A stretch of DNA of 64,000 nucleotides, taken from NCBI GenBank assembly GCA_030265395.1, contig JARFYF010000050.1, positions 28,659,130-28,723,129 on the forward strand, given 5' to 3'. Position numbers and translations under genes: made by a program. Positions 12,075 through 24,539 of this stretch are shown one piece after another; within the stretch, counting starts at the first letter, position 1, and every line of letters begins with the position of its first letter. The stretch is from Rhina ancylostomus. Its lineage: Eukaryota. The notes beneath the pieces are model-generated. The model searched no databases, was not told where the DNA came from, and saw nothing but the letters and a program-made list of their open reading frames with translations.

Positions 12075-12450
12075 AAAATTTATAGAAGGAAGCAGGTGAT
12101 GAGAGATACTAATGGGAAATGAACAATAGTTCATTTAATGATATGATTTAAACGATACAAGAATAATGCAGGGGGAATAGACAGAGATAATGATTACAGT
12201 GTACCAAGGTTCAAGGAAAAGATTGTGAGAGAGGCAGTTCAATGATTCAAAATTAAAACAACTATGAGTGTATGAGAACAAAGCTGAAAATATTAAACAG
12301 GAAGCAAAAGATTGACAGAGTAGGCAATATCTAAAAGGGAGTTTACAAGAAACATAAGTCACTAGAGATAAGGACAAAACAATCAAGAATCAGACAGCCT
12401 GGTAAACTGCAACAGTAAGAGTAAAACTATATCTGGAAAAAGACCATACA
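12075..12450 (+). mobile_element. CR1 ORF2 relic (continuation of the 9940 element)
   Basis: LMGNE and NNYECMRTKL resemble the APE end and linker of CR1. Confidence 0.55.
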
Positions 12451-12464
12451 CAAGAGAAGTTAGT

Positions 12465-12800
12465 GTCATAGAGTAATACAGCATGGAAACAGGCCCTTCA
12501 GCCCAACTTGTCCTTACTGACCATGGTGCCTACACATTTGGTCCCATTTGCCCACGTTTGACCCATGTCTCTCAAAAACCCTCCTATCCATGTATTTATA
12601 CAAATGTCTTTTAAATGTTGTGATTGTACCTGCCTCAACCACTTTCTCTGGCTGCTCATTCCATGTACGTACAGCCCTCTGGGTGAAGAAGTTGCCCCTC
12701 AGATCCCTTTTAAATCTTTCATTACCCATCTTGAACCCATGTCCTCCAGTTTTTAGTTCCCCTCCCCTAGGAAAAAGATTATGTGCGATCAACCCTTATG
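12465..12800 (-). mobile_element. HER1/CR1 LINE 3' end (young)
   Basis: LFPRGGELKTGGHGFKMGNERFKRDLRGNFFTQRAVRTWN..VVEAGTITTFKRHL plus a typical tail. Confidence 0.9.
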
Positions 12801-12829
12801 ATCTTACACAACCTTATCGGTTAATAAAA

Positions 12830-13230
12830 GGGAATGCAATGAAAAAAATATAAACCTATTGCCAGAATTGAGAAGATGTAACCATCAGAAAAGGTTAAAT
12901 AGGCTGAGTTTCTTTTCTGTTGATAGATTGTTAAAATTATAAAGAGATTTGATAGTGTAGTTTTGCTAGCCAATTCAAAATGTGAGGCCATGATATAAGA
13001 TAGCCAGTAGTGAACAAATGAAGGATTAAGTGAAATTTCTTTGAAGAGGATTGGACAAACAACATTAATGCATTTAAAGAGAAATTTGATGCTTTTATGA
13101 CAGTGTATTGAATTGCAGGAGCAGAAAGAGAACAGTTAATTAGAATTGGAAGAGCTGATGTGGAAGATAAACACCTTCATTGGCTAGTTGGACCAAAGAT
13201 CGATGTTGTAGATTTTATATGATTCTTTGT
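12830..13230 (+). mobile_element. old CR1 3' end
   Basis: ccagaattgagaagatgtaaccatcagaaaaggttaaataggctgag..taatgcatttaaagagaaatttgat. Confidence 0.6.
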
Positions 13231-14028
13231 GACATCCATCCATAACTGAAGTGTTACGAAGGCTTGTGGAACAGAATCATAATAAGTTTCACCGTTGCTG
13301 TGCCAATTCTAAAATAAACTGACTTCTATTCACCATATTCTATAAACCAGTAAGATAAATCTTGAAGCTTTCTCCACATTTCCATACTGCAGTTGTAGGG
13401 GTGTTTAATCAATGAAAATAAGACAATTTATCCAAATTTCAAAATATCAATATGTCTGAGCAAGTCATAAATGTTCAAACTGCCAGCAAAACTCTTCCTT
13501 TGCAGGGGTTTAAGCCACAAAGGTTTCATATGCTATTATAAATGGTTGCAGTTTTTCAATGAATTGATTACTTTTCTGACAGTGTAGCTTTACTTTGATT
13601 AGTACCCATGACAGGATGGGAACAGCAGCTCCCGCTGTGTAAGTGGCAAGTCCCAGGAAGCTTTTCTGGAACACCTCGCTATTCAGGAAGGATGCACTCT
13701 GTGAGACTACTGCTTATGATGAGCTTCATGTTATACTGAGTCTACACTGCCAACAGATAATGACGGCACCTTAATTCATCTTCTCCACCTTTAAGTGCTC
13801 ATCTCAGAACAAGAAGCAGGGGAAGATAGCAGGGGGCTAGTTTGCACTGTGTCTTAGATTAAACACATATGGAACTGAAGCTTTTCTGTAATACGTCAGA
13901 AATCACCTGCCCTTTATTTTAAACTGGCTGTCAAGCATGAGCAGAAATAATAAAAGGACTGCTCATGTTTAAAGCACACCAGTATGTGCTGTTTCCTAAC
14001 ATTGGAACTGTGGAATTAAGTTCCGGGC

Positions 14029-14077
14029 TATAGACCTTGCTCAATGTTGGGACGATAGACGTCGAGCAAAGTCTATA
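14029..14077. repeat. imperfect 20-bp inverted repeat / hairpin
   Basis: TATAGACCTTGCTCAATGTT-9 nt-GACGTCGAGCAAAGTCTATA; 18/20 pairs allowing G-U. Confidence 0.8.
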
Positions 14078-14169
14078 CTGTTGCTATTTGCATGAGACAA
14101 CTGCTTATCCAGGACTTTAGTCAGTATTGACACTTTCCCCAGTATTGAGACTTTCCCCAAAGTGTAGCA

Positions 14170-14510
14170 TCTTGGCGGTTAAGTTCCTAGACTAGTGTCC
14201 AGGTTCCTGGACTGTGGATTCAAAGACATTCATTGAATTCCACCATGGCATTTTGGGGAACTTAAGTCAGTAAATCTGGAATAAAAAGCTACCATCAGAT
14301 ATGGTAATTGTGAAACTAAGAGGCAGTTAAAGAAAGACAACTGCTTCGCTATGTCCTTCATGGAATGAAACCTACTATCACTTCCTAGTCTGATCTATAC
14401 ATAACTTTGGACCTACCCATATTCTCTTTGAAGTGGCTTAACAGACCATTCAGTTGAAGGGCAGATAAATGTTGGCCTTGCCAGTGACATCAACATCCCA
14501 TAAACTAGTA
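14170..14510 (+). mobile_element. tRNA-derived SINE (SlmI/Meta-like)
   Basis: gaattccaccatggc..taaatctggaataaaaagct..ataaatgttggccttgccagtgacatcaacatccc. Confidence 0.7.
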
Positions 14511-15039
14511 TAAAGATAACAGGCATTCAGAAATATTCACAATTTTTGGACAGTATTGCCAACTGGCTAAGCCATGGCGAGTGGCTTAGTCAAAAATTAT
14601 TCTGTTTGCTTCATGTGCAGAGTTTGATCTATCTCTTCCATCAGGTAGATTCCTGCAGTTGAGGATCATGTTAGCTTGGGAGTATGATGATTGTGGGAAA
14701 TCTATTCAGTAATGCAAAAGATCAATTTTAACAATGAGGCAATGTCTCTTTCTTCCAGAGAAAGACAAAACTGTATCCAATGCATTTCTAAAGCCTGTGA
14801 TACCTAACCTGCAAGAAGCACAAGGGCAGTAGGTACATGGGGCATTTAAGGTGCCAGAGTCAGAAAGAAAGCCTGAAGCCACTGTTAAGTAAGGGAAAGT
14901 TGCACATATTGGCTTGGTGACAGTAATAGAAGGGTGTATAAAGATCAGGAAGTTAATGCATGGGAGAGGAGAATCAAAAAAAATCACAAGTAACTGCCTA
15001 TCACTGGATCAGCCCCAGTAACTCTGTGGCCACAAATGC

Positions 15040-15420
15040 AGATCAGTAGCTGAGTGGCCTCTAGTGAATGTTTCTCCTCCTGACTCCCTGAAGTCTTTCC
15101 ACCTACTATATGATGCTAGTCAGAAGTTTTACACCATATTTGCCACTTGCCTAGATGAGTGCAACTGCAACAACAGAACAGAAGCTCAGCACCATCCTAC
15201 ACAAAACCGCCTACTTGATTGGCACTTTAAACATTCGCTATCTCCAACACCTCCATACCATTGCTGCAGTACACACCTACAAAATGCACAGCAGCAAAAT
15301 CAACATGATAACTTTGACAGCACAAACCAAACATGCAACATTGACTGCATGTAGCACCATCGAGTTTCCCCTCAAGTCATACACCATCTCTCTTGGAAGC
15401 ATACCACTAATTTTTCTCAA
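15040..15420 (+). mobile_element. CR1-group LINE RT C-terminal fragment (same family as 44750-46230)
   Basis: ctcctgactcc..ccacttgcctagatgagtgcaactgcaacaac..aagctcagcaccatcc resembles PLAWMSAAPTTLKKLDTIQ. Confidence 0.65.
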
Positions 15421-16499
15421 CACCTAGGGCAAGATCCAGTGACATGTTAACCAACCCAAATTTAGTAACTGCATCCCAACATGAACTGCAGGGTTTTGTT
15501 GCCATTTTCCAAAAGCAAAGCCCAAACCCTGTGAATTAATCATTCAATTTAGAAGCTGATGTGCAAAGAAAACTTAGAATGGGACAGACGATTGTCAGCT
15601 TTTAATGAGATGACGTTTCCGCAGGCTAGTGCTAATGATAGGCATGTTCACACTGTATCAGAACACAACAAGGGCATGGAAGATACTTTTCATCTGCTGA
15701 GAATGAGGTTGGAATGCAGGCAGTGCCTGTTTTGGAAGGAACACAAGGAAATCTTGTTATGGACTAGCTGCAGAGTTGAATGTTCAGTTTTAGAAATGAG
15801 CAAAGACTAAGGTTTCATTTCTTTAAGCACAGCTTGGTTATGCAGCCCAGAGGGACGCAGTAATTGATGGCAAAACCAGTCTAATACTAAATGAAAAATA
15901 GAACCATCAACTTAATTAAGAAATATGAGGACAAGTAAATTGATCAGAAATATTTTAAGCATGTTTTTAAACCTAATTTGAAGTAAAGTCATATTCAGTG
16001 ACCTTGTCATTGAATTTGGAATTTTTTCATTTTCACTTTGGAAATTTTTGGGGGTGGTGCAGCAGTTGTGATGGAAGGGAAATTAAGGAACCAAAGAAAG
16101 GTTTGTCAATTGATTCTTATATATGGACTATGGACTGATATCAGTTAAGTTACAATATAGAATTTGGCATTGAAAAATAATTGTCTACCTTGAGTAGATT
16201 CATGTCAATATAGTATAAAGCATTTGTCTGATTAGATATGGATGCCAGATTTTTAGTGTGGTTTGTCAGCCAACAAACAAAGCCTCCCATTTTCAGCTGA
16301 TTTGTTGTAGTCAGAAGGCAATCACTGGTTTTATCAACAGGCCAAAATTTTGTTATCAGAAGAAAATACATTTTGGGACTTGATTAAACCTTTTTAATTG
16401 ATGCCAGGTGCTGCTCGATACTCTTGATTTTATGGGAATGCATGAGTGCATGAAGAGCCCAGAGTGCATGAAGAGAACGTCTAAGTTTCTTTAGTAAAG

Positions 16500-16660
16500 A
16501 TGTCAGAAATTATGAGTGATTTACATTTTTAGATTAATTGTGTAAGGGTTTGAGAATTATGAGAAATTGTTCACCCAAAGAGTTGCAAGAGTCTGAACCT
16601 CACTATGTGAATGGGTGGTGAGGACAGAAACTCACAACACATTTAAAATAAGTTAATGGA
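16500..16660 (+). mobile_element. CR1 3' fragment
   Basis: agaaattgttcacccaaagagttg..gtggtgaggacagaaactcacaacacatttaaaa. Confidence 0.55.
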
Positions 16661-17224
16661 TAACCATTTGATCTGCCAAATCTGTACAAACAACTGGAAA
16701 GAACAGACCAAGAACTGGGAAGTGCAATTGGTGCATTGTCAACTGCCAGGGACCAAGTAATTTACTTTTATGGTGCAAACTTTTACACATTAATAAATGG
16801 TTAGAAAACCCAAGCAGCAAAACAAAAAAAATCCCATCAGTAGAACTGAGTGAATAGCACTGATTAGAAATCATGCATGTTAAATTGTAAATCCAAAGCA
16901 TAACAACTTTGAGCAACGTAACACGTTCAAGCATCAGAGAGTCTGAAGCCTTTAAGTGAAAGCTTAATAAGTACCTTAAAACTTACAACGTTATCTAATC
17001 ATGTTACTGGAAAACAATTAAAAATGTTATTTCAGTCATTATGTTGGTTACATGGAAGAAAATAATGGGTGAAAATTAATCTCTAAGGTGATTTTTCATT
17101 GAGATTAAACAGTGCTAAAAAAGGAGATAGACACACAGAAAAGAATAGCTATTGCATACTAAAAGTGTAACAACTTTCTGATTCTATGTGGTTGTGACTG
17201 TAGTAAATTACCCTAACTCCTCCT

Positions 17225-17420
17225 GTTTGACCTGTCCGCAGCCTTTGACTTGGTTAACCAAAGCATCCTCCTCCAAAGCCTGTCGAGCATGTCCAGATGA
17301 ATGGCATTGTGCGCACATGGTTCCATTCTTTTCTAACCAGTTGTAGGCAGAGAATTGCAATATCTTCTCTTCCCACATTCACTTGTCAGCTCTGGAGACT
17401 CTCAAGCATTCATTTTTAAC
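17225..17420 (+). mobile_element. L2-clade LINE RT fragment
   Basis: DLSAAFDLVNQSILLQ..TWFHSFLTSCRQRI, typical of L2 (DLSAAFDTVDH..WF.SYLS.R.Q). Confidence 0.8.
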
Positions 17421-17880
17421 ATTATCCTATCGCCCACTTCCTGCTTTCCCAAGTGCTTCCAAAACCATATTTCAAAAATAAAACACTATTTTTGCTGCTC
17501 TCATCTACCACCTAGACCTTCCCTCCATTCTCCTCCCTCCTGCACCAGCAGAAGTCAGGTGACAGTTTTTGACAGAATTTCTTGATTGTCAAATTTTCTG
17601 CGTGGAGCATGCAGCGGAAAGGACTTGTTTATTATCACCAGGAAGGATTCCTTCTAGCTGTTCCTAGAGGTTTTCGTGGGAGAGATTGCTCTGAAATTAG
17701 GTTCATCATGGGGGGGGGGGGGTCAGTGAGTAGCTAAAATACTTGCTGCTGATTGAAGAGTCCAGGCTGCTGTTCCAGTNNNNNNNNNNNNNNNNNNNNN
17801 NNNNNNNNNNNNNNNNNNNNNNNNNNNNNNNNNNNNNNNNNNNNNNNNNNNNNNNNNNNNNNNNNNNNNNNNNNNNNNNT

Positions 17881-18018
17881 TCCAGCCCTGATGAAGGGTC
17901 TCAACCCGAATCATTGACTGTTTATTTCCCTCCATAGATGCTGCCTGACCAGCTGAGCTCCTCCAGCATTTTGTGTGTGTTGCTCCAGATTCCAACATCT
18001 GCAGAATCTCTTGTGTCT
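17881..18018 (+). mobile_element. Penelope-type terminal repeat carrying a degenerate hammerhead motif
   Basis: ctgatgaagggtctcaacccgaatcattgactg..gatgctgcctgaccagctgagctcctccagca..catctgcagaatc. Confidence 0.7.
17883..17920 (+). ncRNA. degenerate minimal type I hammerhead ribozyme motif
   Basis: cagcc-CTGATGA-a-gggt ctca accc-GAAT-ca-TT-gactg. Box 1 intact, GAAA mutated to GAAT; probably inactive. Confidence 0.5.
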
Positions 18019-18264
18019 TTGATAAGCTTGTTAGATGTTGCATCCTGTTGTAGTAATATTGCTCACATCAATGTCCATTCTTTTGCAATAATCATCAATA
18101 ACTCTACAAACTTGCTCAATACATGTTGCAATTATCCATCAAAGTAACAAAGTTTTTCTGAGATCAGGTCTAAACAACAGATGGTGTTTACCTAACATAT
18201 ATCACAAGTGTTAAAACAGATTTTTTGCTTGCTGCTGAGTGCAAGCGCAAGCAGAGTGTGAGAC

Positions 18265-18545
18265 TTGAGTCAGAGGTAGCACTGCCTCAGTCAGTTGTAG
18301 GTTCACTCCAATGCTCCTGTGGGTAATTCTTGTGGATAATCTGTCAAGGGGTGAGGGAGTCTTCTAATGTTATGGCCAATATTTATCCCTCACCCAATAT
18401 CATTACAACAGATCATCCAATCATTTTATCATGTGGGATTTTGTGGTACACACTCTATTATATTACTGAGTACATCGCTTCAGATTTTTTCATTGACTGT
18501 AAAATGCTTTGGGGCAGTGTGAAAATTGCTTTATAAATAGGAGTT
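18265..18545 (+). mobile_element. DeuSINE
   Basis: tggccaatatttatccctcacccaatatc Deu motif; tail ttcattgactgtaaaatgctttgggg. Confidence 0.7.
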
Positions 18546-18774
18546 ATTTCATTCACTTCTGTGGACCTCTGAGTTCAGCCTGAACTACAAACCAGATAGA
18601 GAGAGTTATGTGTGAACAAGGAAAAATAACAAAATAAGAATAAAATATATACACCATTTGATAATTATTCATGCCACTTTATTCTAGCTTGAAATTATCC
18701 CTAAAGTAACTATCCCATTGACTCAACAGCTGTCTGTTGGATTATTCCAAAAGCGGCTCTTATTAGGTAAGAAT

Positions 18775-18990
18775 GCCAGATTGACTTGCATTCCCATGGC
18801 ACCTGACATGATCTTTGGGGATCCCAGAGCACTTTATAGCCCGTGAAATGTTTTTGAAGTACAGCCACAAATAATATGGGAAAGGGTGCACCTTGTTTGC
18901 TGACAGCAAGCTTCCACAAATGACAATGTGTTAATACTAAGATTACCTGTTTTAATGATATTGTGTATGGGATAAGCATTGATCAGGATA
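18775..18990 (-). mobile_element. DeuSINE 3' half
   Basis: cccagagcactttatagcc..tttttgaagtacagccac..gcaagcttccacaaat..gggataagcattg. Confidence 0.65.
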
Positions 18991-19149
18991 AATACTGACC
19001 CAGAATCTTTCAGCTCAGGCAAGCCAAGCACTGTTTTTGTAAGTGTGCCCAGGTTAGGAAAATTATCCTGGGAAAAGGGCAACTGATTTTCTATTTAAAT
19101 ATAGACAATCCTGTCCAATATGGGGCTATTGACAAGCATAACTATCTTT

Positions 19150-19520
19150 CAACAGCATCATTCGAAAGCATATCTGTTTCCAGATCCATGCTGATAATAC
19201 TTGACTCTCTCCCATTTCAGCTCTTGTACACTTGTTGTGTCTGAGATGTCATGCTGCATTTCCAATATTCAATCCACAATGAGCAGAAATTTTCTTCAAC
19301 TAAATATTTGCAAGACTGAAGCCGGCATCTTCACCCCCTTACCACAGACTTGGTTCCTAGTCAGTAATTAATTTCCTCATTCTGTTTACTGTTTCAGACT
19401 GAACCAAGTCATTTGTAACTTCAGCATCCTTTTTGACTCTGAAATAAACCAAGCATCACTAAGATGGTTAATTTCTACCTTTATCATCACTTATCTCTGC
19501 ACCTACATCAACTCATCTAG
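19150..19520 (+). mobile_element. L2 LINE RT fragment
   Basis: CISNIQSTMSRNFLQLNICKTE resembles L2 CL.DI..WM..NFLQLN..KTE. Confidence 0.7.
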
Positions 19521-19529
19521 TGGACTGAC

Positions 19530-19840
19530 AGGAAATTAGCAGCATTTGGCTCTTTAAAGCCATATTAGGTCAATGCAAGAGTAAGTCTCACTCCCTTTCT
19601 CTCTCCCTACAGACCTGAGAGTTATACAATTTCTTTTTGAAAGGCCTAATTGAATTTGCCTCCACCACTTGCCCTGGCATTCCTCAATTCTAACCACTCT
19701 GTGTTTAAAATAAATGTTTATCCTTTGTGTCATTCTTGGTCCTTTTGTGAACTGATTACATTCTGTTTCCTCTGGTTTTCATCTACGTCAATGGCAATAT
19801 TTCCTCTCGGCCTACCACTCTCTCTGGACACTTCATGATT
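19530..19840 (-). mobile_element. CR1 3' fragment
   Basis: attgaatttgcctccaccac..cattcc..ctaaccactctgtg. Confidence 0.6.
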
Positions 19841-19849
19841 TTTATGTAG

Positions 19850-20215
19850 TAAGAATTCCCCACAAAGCTTCACTGGAGTGCTATCAACTATTGAGCCACA
19901 GTAGGACTTCACTAAAATCTTGCTGAAAAAGTATTTTTAGTAAAAAAAAGTGAGATAGAAAGCTAGAGAGGGTTTGGTGGGGGGGAGGGGTGGTTATAGA
20001 ACATAGGGCCTCAGTGCTGATACATATGCCATAAGAAGGGCAATTAAATCAACGGAGATGCAAGAAGGCAGAACTATAGCAGTACTGAGATCCTGGAGGC
20101 TTGAAAAGCTAGAAGAGATTACAGAGATAGGAAGGGAAGCATCCACGGCATGATTGAGAATGAGGTACAGCAAGTGGTTTGTATGTGAAATGAACTGGAG
20201 TTGCATGACATTGAA
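19850..20215 (-). mobile_element. L2 LINE 3' fragment
   Basis: agaacatagggcctcag..ggagatgcaagaaggcagaact..agagattacagagataggaaggg. Confidence 0.5.
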
Positions 20216-23200
20216 AAGACCATAAGACATAGGAGTAGAATTAAGCCATTCAGCCCACCAAGTCTGCTCCAATTCTTCAGAACTGATACGTCCGCCAGCT
20301 GAAGCTCACAGGATTGTTGGATGTCTGAGATCTTAGGAATCCAAATTTGGTGATCTTACATCTGAAAGAAACTAAGTTGTATAAGGTTTTTGTACAGCTG
20401 TGAGAGTTCACACACATTTGGTGTTTATACACAAAATATTTGCATTTGAACAACACACATGAACCAGAACCACCAATAATTTCATTAAGATTAAATAAAA
20501 ACTTCCTTATACTTCTACAGAGCGGATGTGATATGGGACAAGGCAAAGTGATGCAATGCAAGATTTATTTTTGCTAAATGTGTTTCCAGCAACAGAGTCT
20601 TGGGAAATGAATTATGCACTTGTTTTATATCTAATATCAATTCCACATCTGAAAAACGAATGTGAGATTACATTTTTATCAACCATTTTTATTTCAGACA
20701 TATGACTGCGTAGAAACTACAAATAAAGGGACCCCACCACCTCCCTCCTTCCAGGCTAACACACAAGTTCAGTGAATTTACCTTAAGGGGTCAAAATTGA
20801 TTTTTCAGGATGAGAATAGTGAGTCAACTATTGCTCTTGATTTCTCTTGCTGAATCACATACTGGGCCCTCAGGAGAATACTTATTTTTTTCTTTCTATT
20901 CCCTGAATTCTTCACTTTTTTCCTTCTTTATAAACTTTTTCACTTTCTGCTTTTATTATTGCTATTAAAATTTTGCTGTTTTGGTTGTTTGGTTCATGTT
21001 CGTTAAAGGGATTAATGAGGTTTAGAAACACCACATAGACCAGCTGATTACTTTGACCATTTTGCTAAGACAAATATGCACCAAATTGGTCAGCTTTAGC
21101 CTTGAACAATCTCCTTTTCCTCAGGCTATTCCAATAGCATCAAACAAACTACATCAAAGGATTTATAGACATGCCACAGCTTGCATTTACAGTATATGAC
21201 ATCAGAAAAATCTGAACGTATGATAAAGAAAAATATTTTGAAAAGGAGGGGTTTGTCATGGGAAGAGCAGAATTTATAATGCCTCGTGTATTGAGAGCAG
21301 GATTGGAAACTGAATAGTCAGCCATCTAAAATATTTAGTACATCTGTGGTCAGACACACAAGAGGTGGGGCAAGTGGAAAAGGTGAAATTGAAATGCATA
21401 CAAGCCAAGAAAGGAGAAAAAAAACAAATGAGAAAGGTGTTCAGGGCTTTGTGGGCAGAAGGAAGGATATTGTGAGGTTGGGGTTTATCTGATAATACCA
21501 ATTGATCAGGTGGTCTTAGATCTGTGGGAATGATGCCTGTGAGCTCCTTCCATTTGTTGGTGCTGAGCTTCTCACTTCTCTGTTCTGTGCCTTTACCTGG
21601 GACCTCAGCAATATCGTTTAATCTCAGGAATGCTTCTGCTGATTTGAAATACAGGCTGATTTTGCTTGTATCTCTTGAGCTCATCAATGTTTCCAATGCA
21701 TCACCTGTCATCCATTATCACTTCTTGGAGAACCCTGTTCTCTTATTTTCTTTGTGCTAATTCACTGTCCTACAACTCTCTCAAACAGGACACCCCATCC
21801 TCATTGCTGACATGTGATCTAAGCCTATTTTCTTTTGTCTCTTGCACAAGCAAAGAACAAAGATAGATCTATCAACAGGGTACCTTTTATCCAAGGTAGG
21901 AACTCTCAACTGAGCAGGTAACTCTCAAGTTGTGGGTGGAGTGAACTGTTGGATTCTCAGAAGAAACAGATACAGTTGCCTATCATATTTTAGATGTGTG
22001 AGAGTGCACCAGCCATTATTATTTCACTCTGCCTCAATGAGAAAAGATACAAGTCCTCGCCTGAAACTTGCCACAGTGTCACTGTTTATACTCATGGTTC
22101 CTTCTTCAATCAACAAGATGTTCTTAAATGTTCTGTCCTTGTCACTTTACTCAATTGAACAATAAATACCAATAAGCATTCCTATAGCTTATTACCCAAT
22201 TCTGCCACTCCCAGGGCACCCGGCAGACCTTTTCCATGACTTTGCTGAGCAGAGACTGGCAGACTTTACTGTCAGTTTCTTTCTTTGAGGACATGCACCC
22301 TCATGAAGTATACCCTACCCTATGCCAATTATAATACCAGAGTATCTTGACCAGTCATTCCAAAACTGGGTGATTCCAATACCACCCATGGCAGGGTCTC
22401 TCACCTCAGGCATTCTTGTAACTAACTGATTTCTGCTGAACCCACTTGCAGTTTCCATGTGACCTAGCTGTGAAGAAAGGGTCCATGCTACCATTACCAT
22501 TTCGGTAGACTTGTTCCCTGATTGCAACTTGGAATCATACTCTGAGCAAACCTACCCTACACTGAGTACCACTGCCTCCCTGAAATCCATGCTACCTGCT
22601 CCCTGCAGTGTTAAGTCTATCATGTTAAATAGTTTTGACTGAATTCTGTCATCCACCATTCCATACGTTAAGCGATCCATCAATATCAAAATGGAAATTG
22701 TACCTTTTCACCAGTGTTTTTAACTCACTACATATTCAGCAACTATTTCCTCTGGTACCTGGTTACACATGCCAGCCTTGTAGATCTCAAAAATCTTGAT
22801 GGAGTCAATTAAAATATTTCTAAACATTTTTTACTCTGACTTCAAATGAGCCCTTGTGTCTGGTACATAGCATTTGTTGACTCAACATCAGTCCCTGAGC
22901 CTCCAGCCTAAACAGTAGTAACAATATCACCTTCCTCTTCTCACTTTTTGCTGCGTTTCTCCATCTGCATCCTCACTTGGGACTCAACAACATTGTTGGT
23001 TCTCCGAACTTTTCTCCACTTATTCCATGTACAGGGTGAATGGCTGAGTCTACTTGTACTGCTCAGGCATTGTCATGCAAACACCCTAGTGTATGTCGTG
23101 TAGAATCTTATGTTTGTCACTTACATTAGCAAATAAGAGAGTACAGCAATCAACAGAACATGTTTACTGAAGCCAGTAATTCTCAAACAAGAACAACGTT

Positions 23201-23290
23201 TGTTACAAGAATAAATTGAAGTCTTGCCAACCTTGGTAGACTCAGTTCTTAAAGATACACTTACTCATAAACACTACACATGGAAAATGG

Positions 23291-23293
<3 letters not shown>

Positions 23294-23359
<66 letters not shown>

Positions 23360-23369
23360 TGTGTGTGTG
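23294..23369. repeat. (TG)n microsatellite running into a gap
   Basis: About 37 TG units with one GA interruption. Confidence 0.98.
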
Positions 23370-23469
23370 NNNNNNNNNNNNNNNNNNNNNNNNNNNNNNN
23401 NNNNNNNNNNNNNNNNNNNNNNNNNNNNNNNNNNNNNNNNNNNNNNNNNNNNNNNNNNNNNNNNNNNNN

Positions 23470-23527
23470 CTTCATCCGAATCGTCAACTGTTTATTTCTT
23501 CCCACCGATGCTGCCTGACCTGCCGAG
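23470..23527 (+). mobile_element. Penelope-type terminal repeat fragment between gaps
   Basis: ccgaatcgtcaactgtttatt..gatgctgcctgacctgccgag. Confidence 0.6.
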
Positions 23528-23919
23528 NNNNNNNNNNNNNNNNNNNNNNNNNNNNNNNNNNNNNNNNNNNNNNNNNNNNNNNNNNNNNNNNNNNNNNNNN
23601 NNNNNNNNNNNNNNNNNNNNNNNNNNNNNNNNNNNNNNNNNNNNNNNNNNNNNNNNNNNNNNNNNNNNNNNNNNNNNNNNNNNNNNNNNNNNNNNNNNNN
23701 NTACTATAGTGCTAAGTCAGTGGTCCATGTTCTCTCAGCTTATCGTATTCTAGTGACCAGTTTTGCCAGAGGAGAGCAAGGACCTATAGTGATGGATGTC
23801 ATGACAGTTGTGCATCAGTTATAATCTTTGGTGCAGTGTGCCAGTGTTGCATCCAAACTATGTAATTCTACAAAAGTAGTGAAACATGATTTTTCACAAA
23901 AAGAAACCTTAAACCATTA

Positions 23920-24260
23920 GTATACCATACCTCATCCCTGTTTATTTCATGACTGCATCAATGCATTTTCGGTACTCACCTCAACTACTCATTCAGACAC
24001 TGAGTTTCACATTCTAACTGCTCTCTGGATAAAGTTATTACTCCAGAATTCTTTACTGAATTTATTGATAAACTTCTTATATTTATGCTCTCTAGTTTTG
24101 GTTTCCACTTTAACCCCATCAAATCCTTCTATATCCCAAAGAATTGTTGTCAATTCTCTCATCAGTTCTTCACTTTAGGCCAAAGAGCATAAGCCTATCC
24201 ATTCCTTCTCAGTGGTTTACCATGTCAGTTCTGGTATTGACCTAGAAACTTTCTTTATAG
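23920..24260 (-). mobile_element. CR1 3' fragment
   Basis: cctcaactactc..gagtttcacattctaactgctctctggataaag. Confidence 0.6.
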
Positions 24261-24539
24261 TTTAGTACCTTCAGCCCAAGGATCTGAATTTGAATTCCCA
24301 TCAACATTAATGGGTAAATCTTCTGTCACTGCCAGCTGGAAAGCTCCTTTTCATTTGGCAAGCCCTATTCAAGTTGCAACCTGTAAAGCTGTCTATGGAT
24401 TATCACTATATTGGCACTCTTTCAAAGAGACCACAATATTTTGCATTTCACAGGAGAACTTGACTTTTTTTTTAATCCTTGCAAAAGGTAGTCTATAGTT
24501 CAGAACAAGAAATTTAAAAAAAAACACAGCTTCACTCTT

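Noticed and set aside
17710-17722. G13 run as a G-quadruplex
   Set aside because: Simple homopolymer near a contig end; length unreliable.
21274-21760. 145-aa minus ORF and signal-peptide-like plus ORF
   Set aside because: No recognisable domain or exon structure; composition typical of chance ORFs in decayed repeats.
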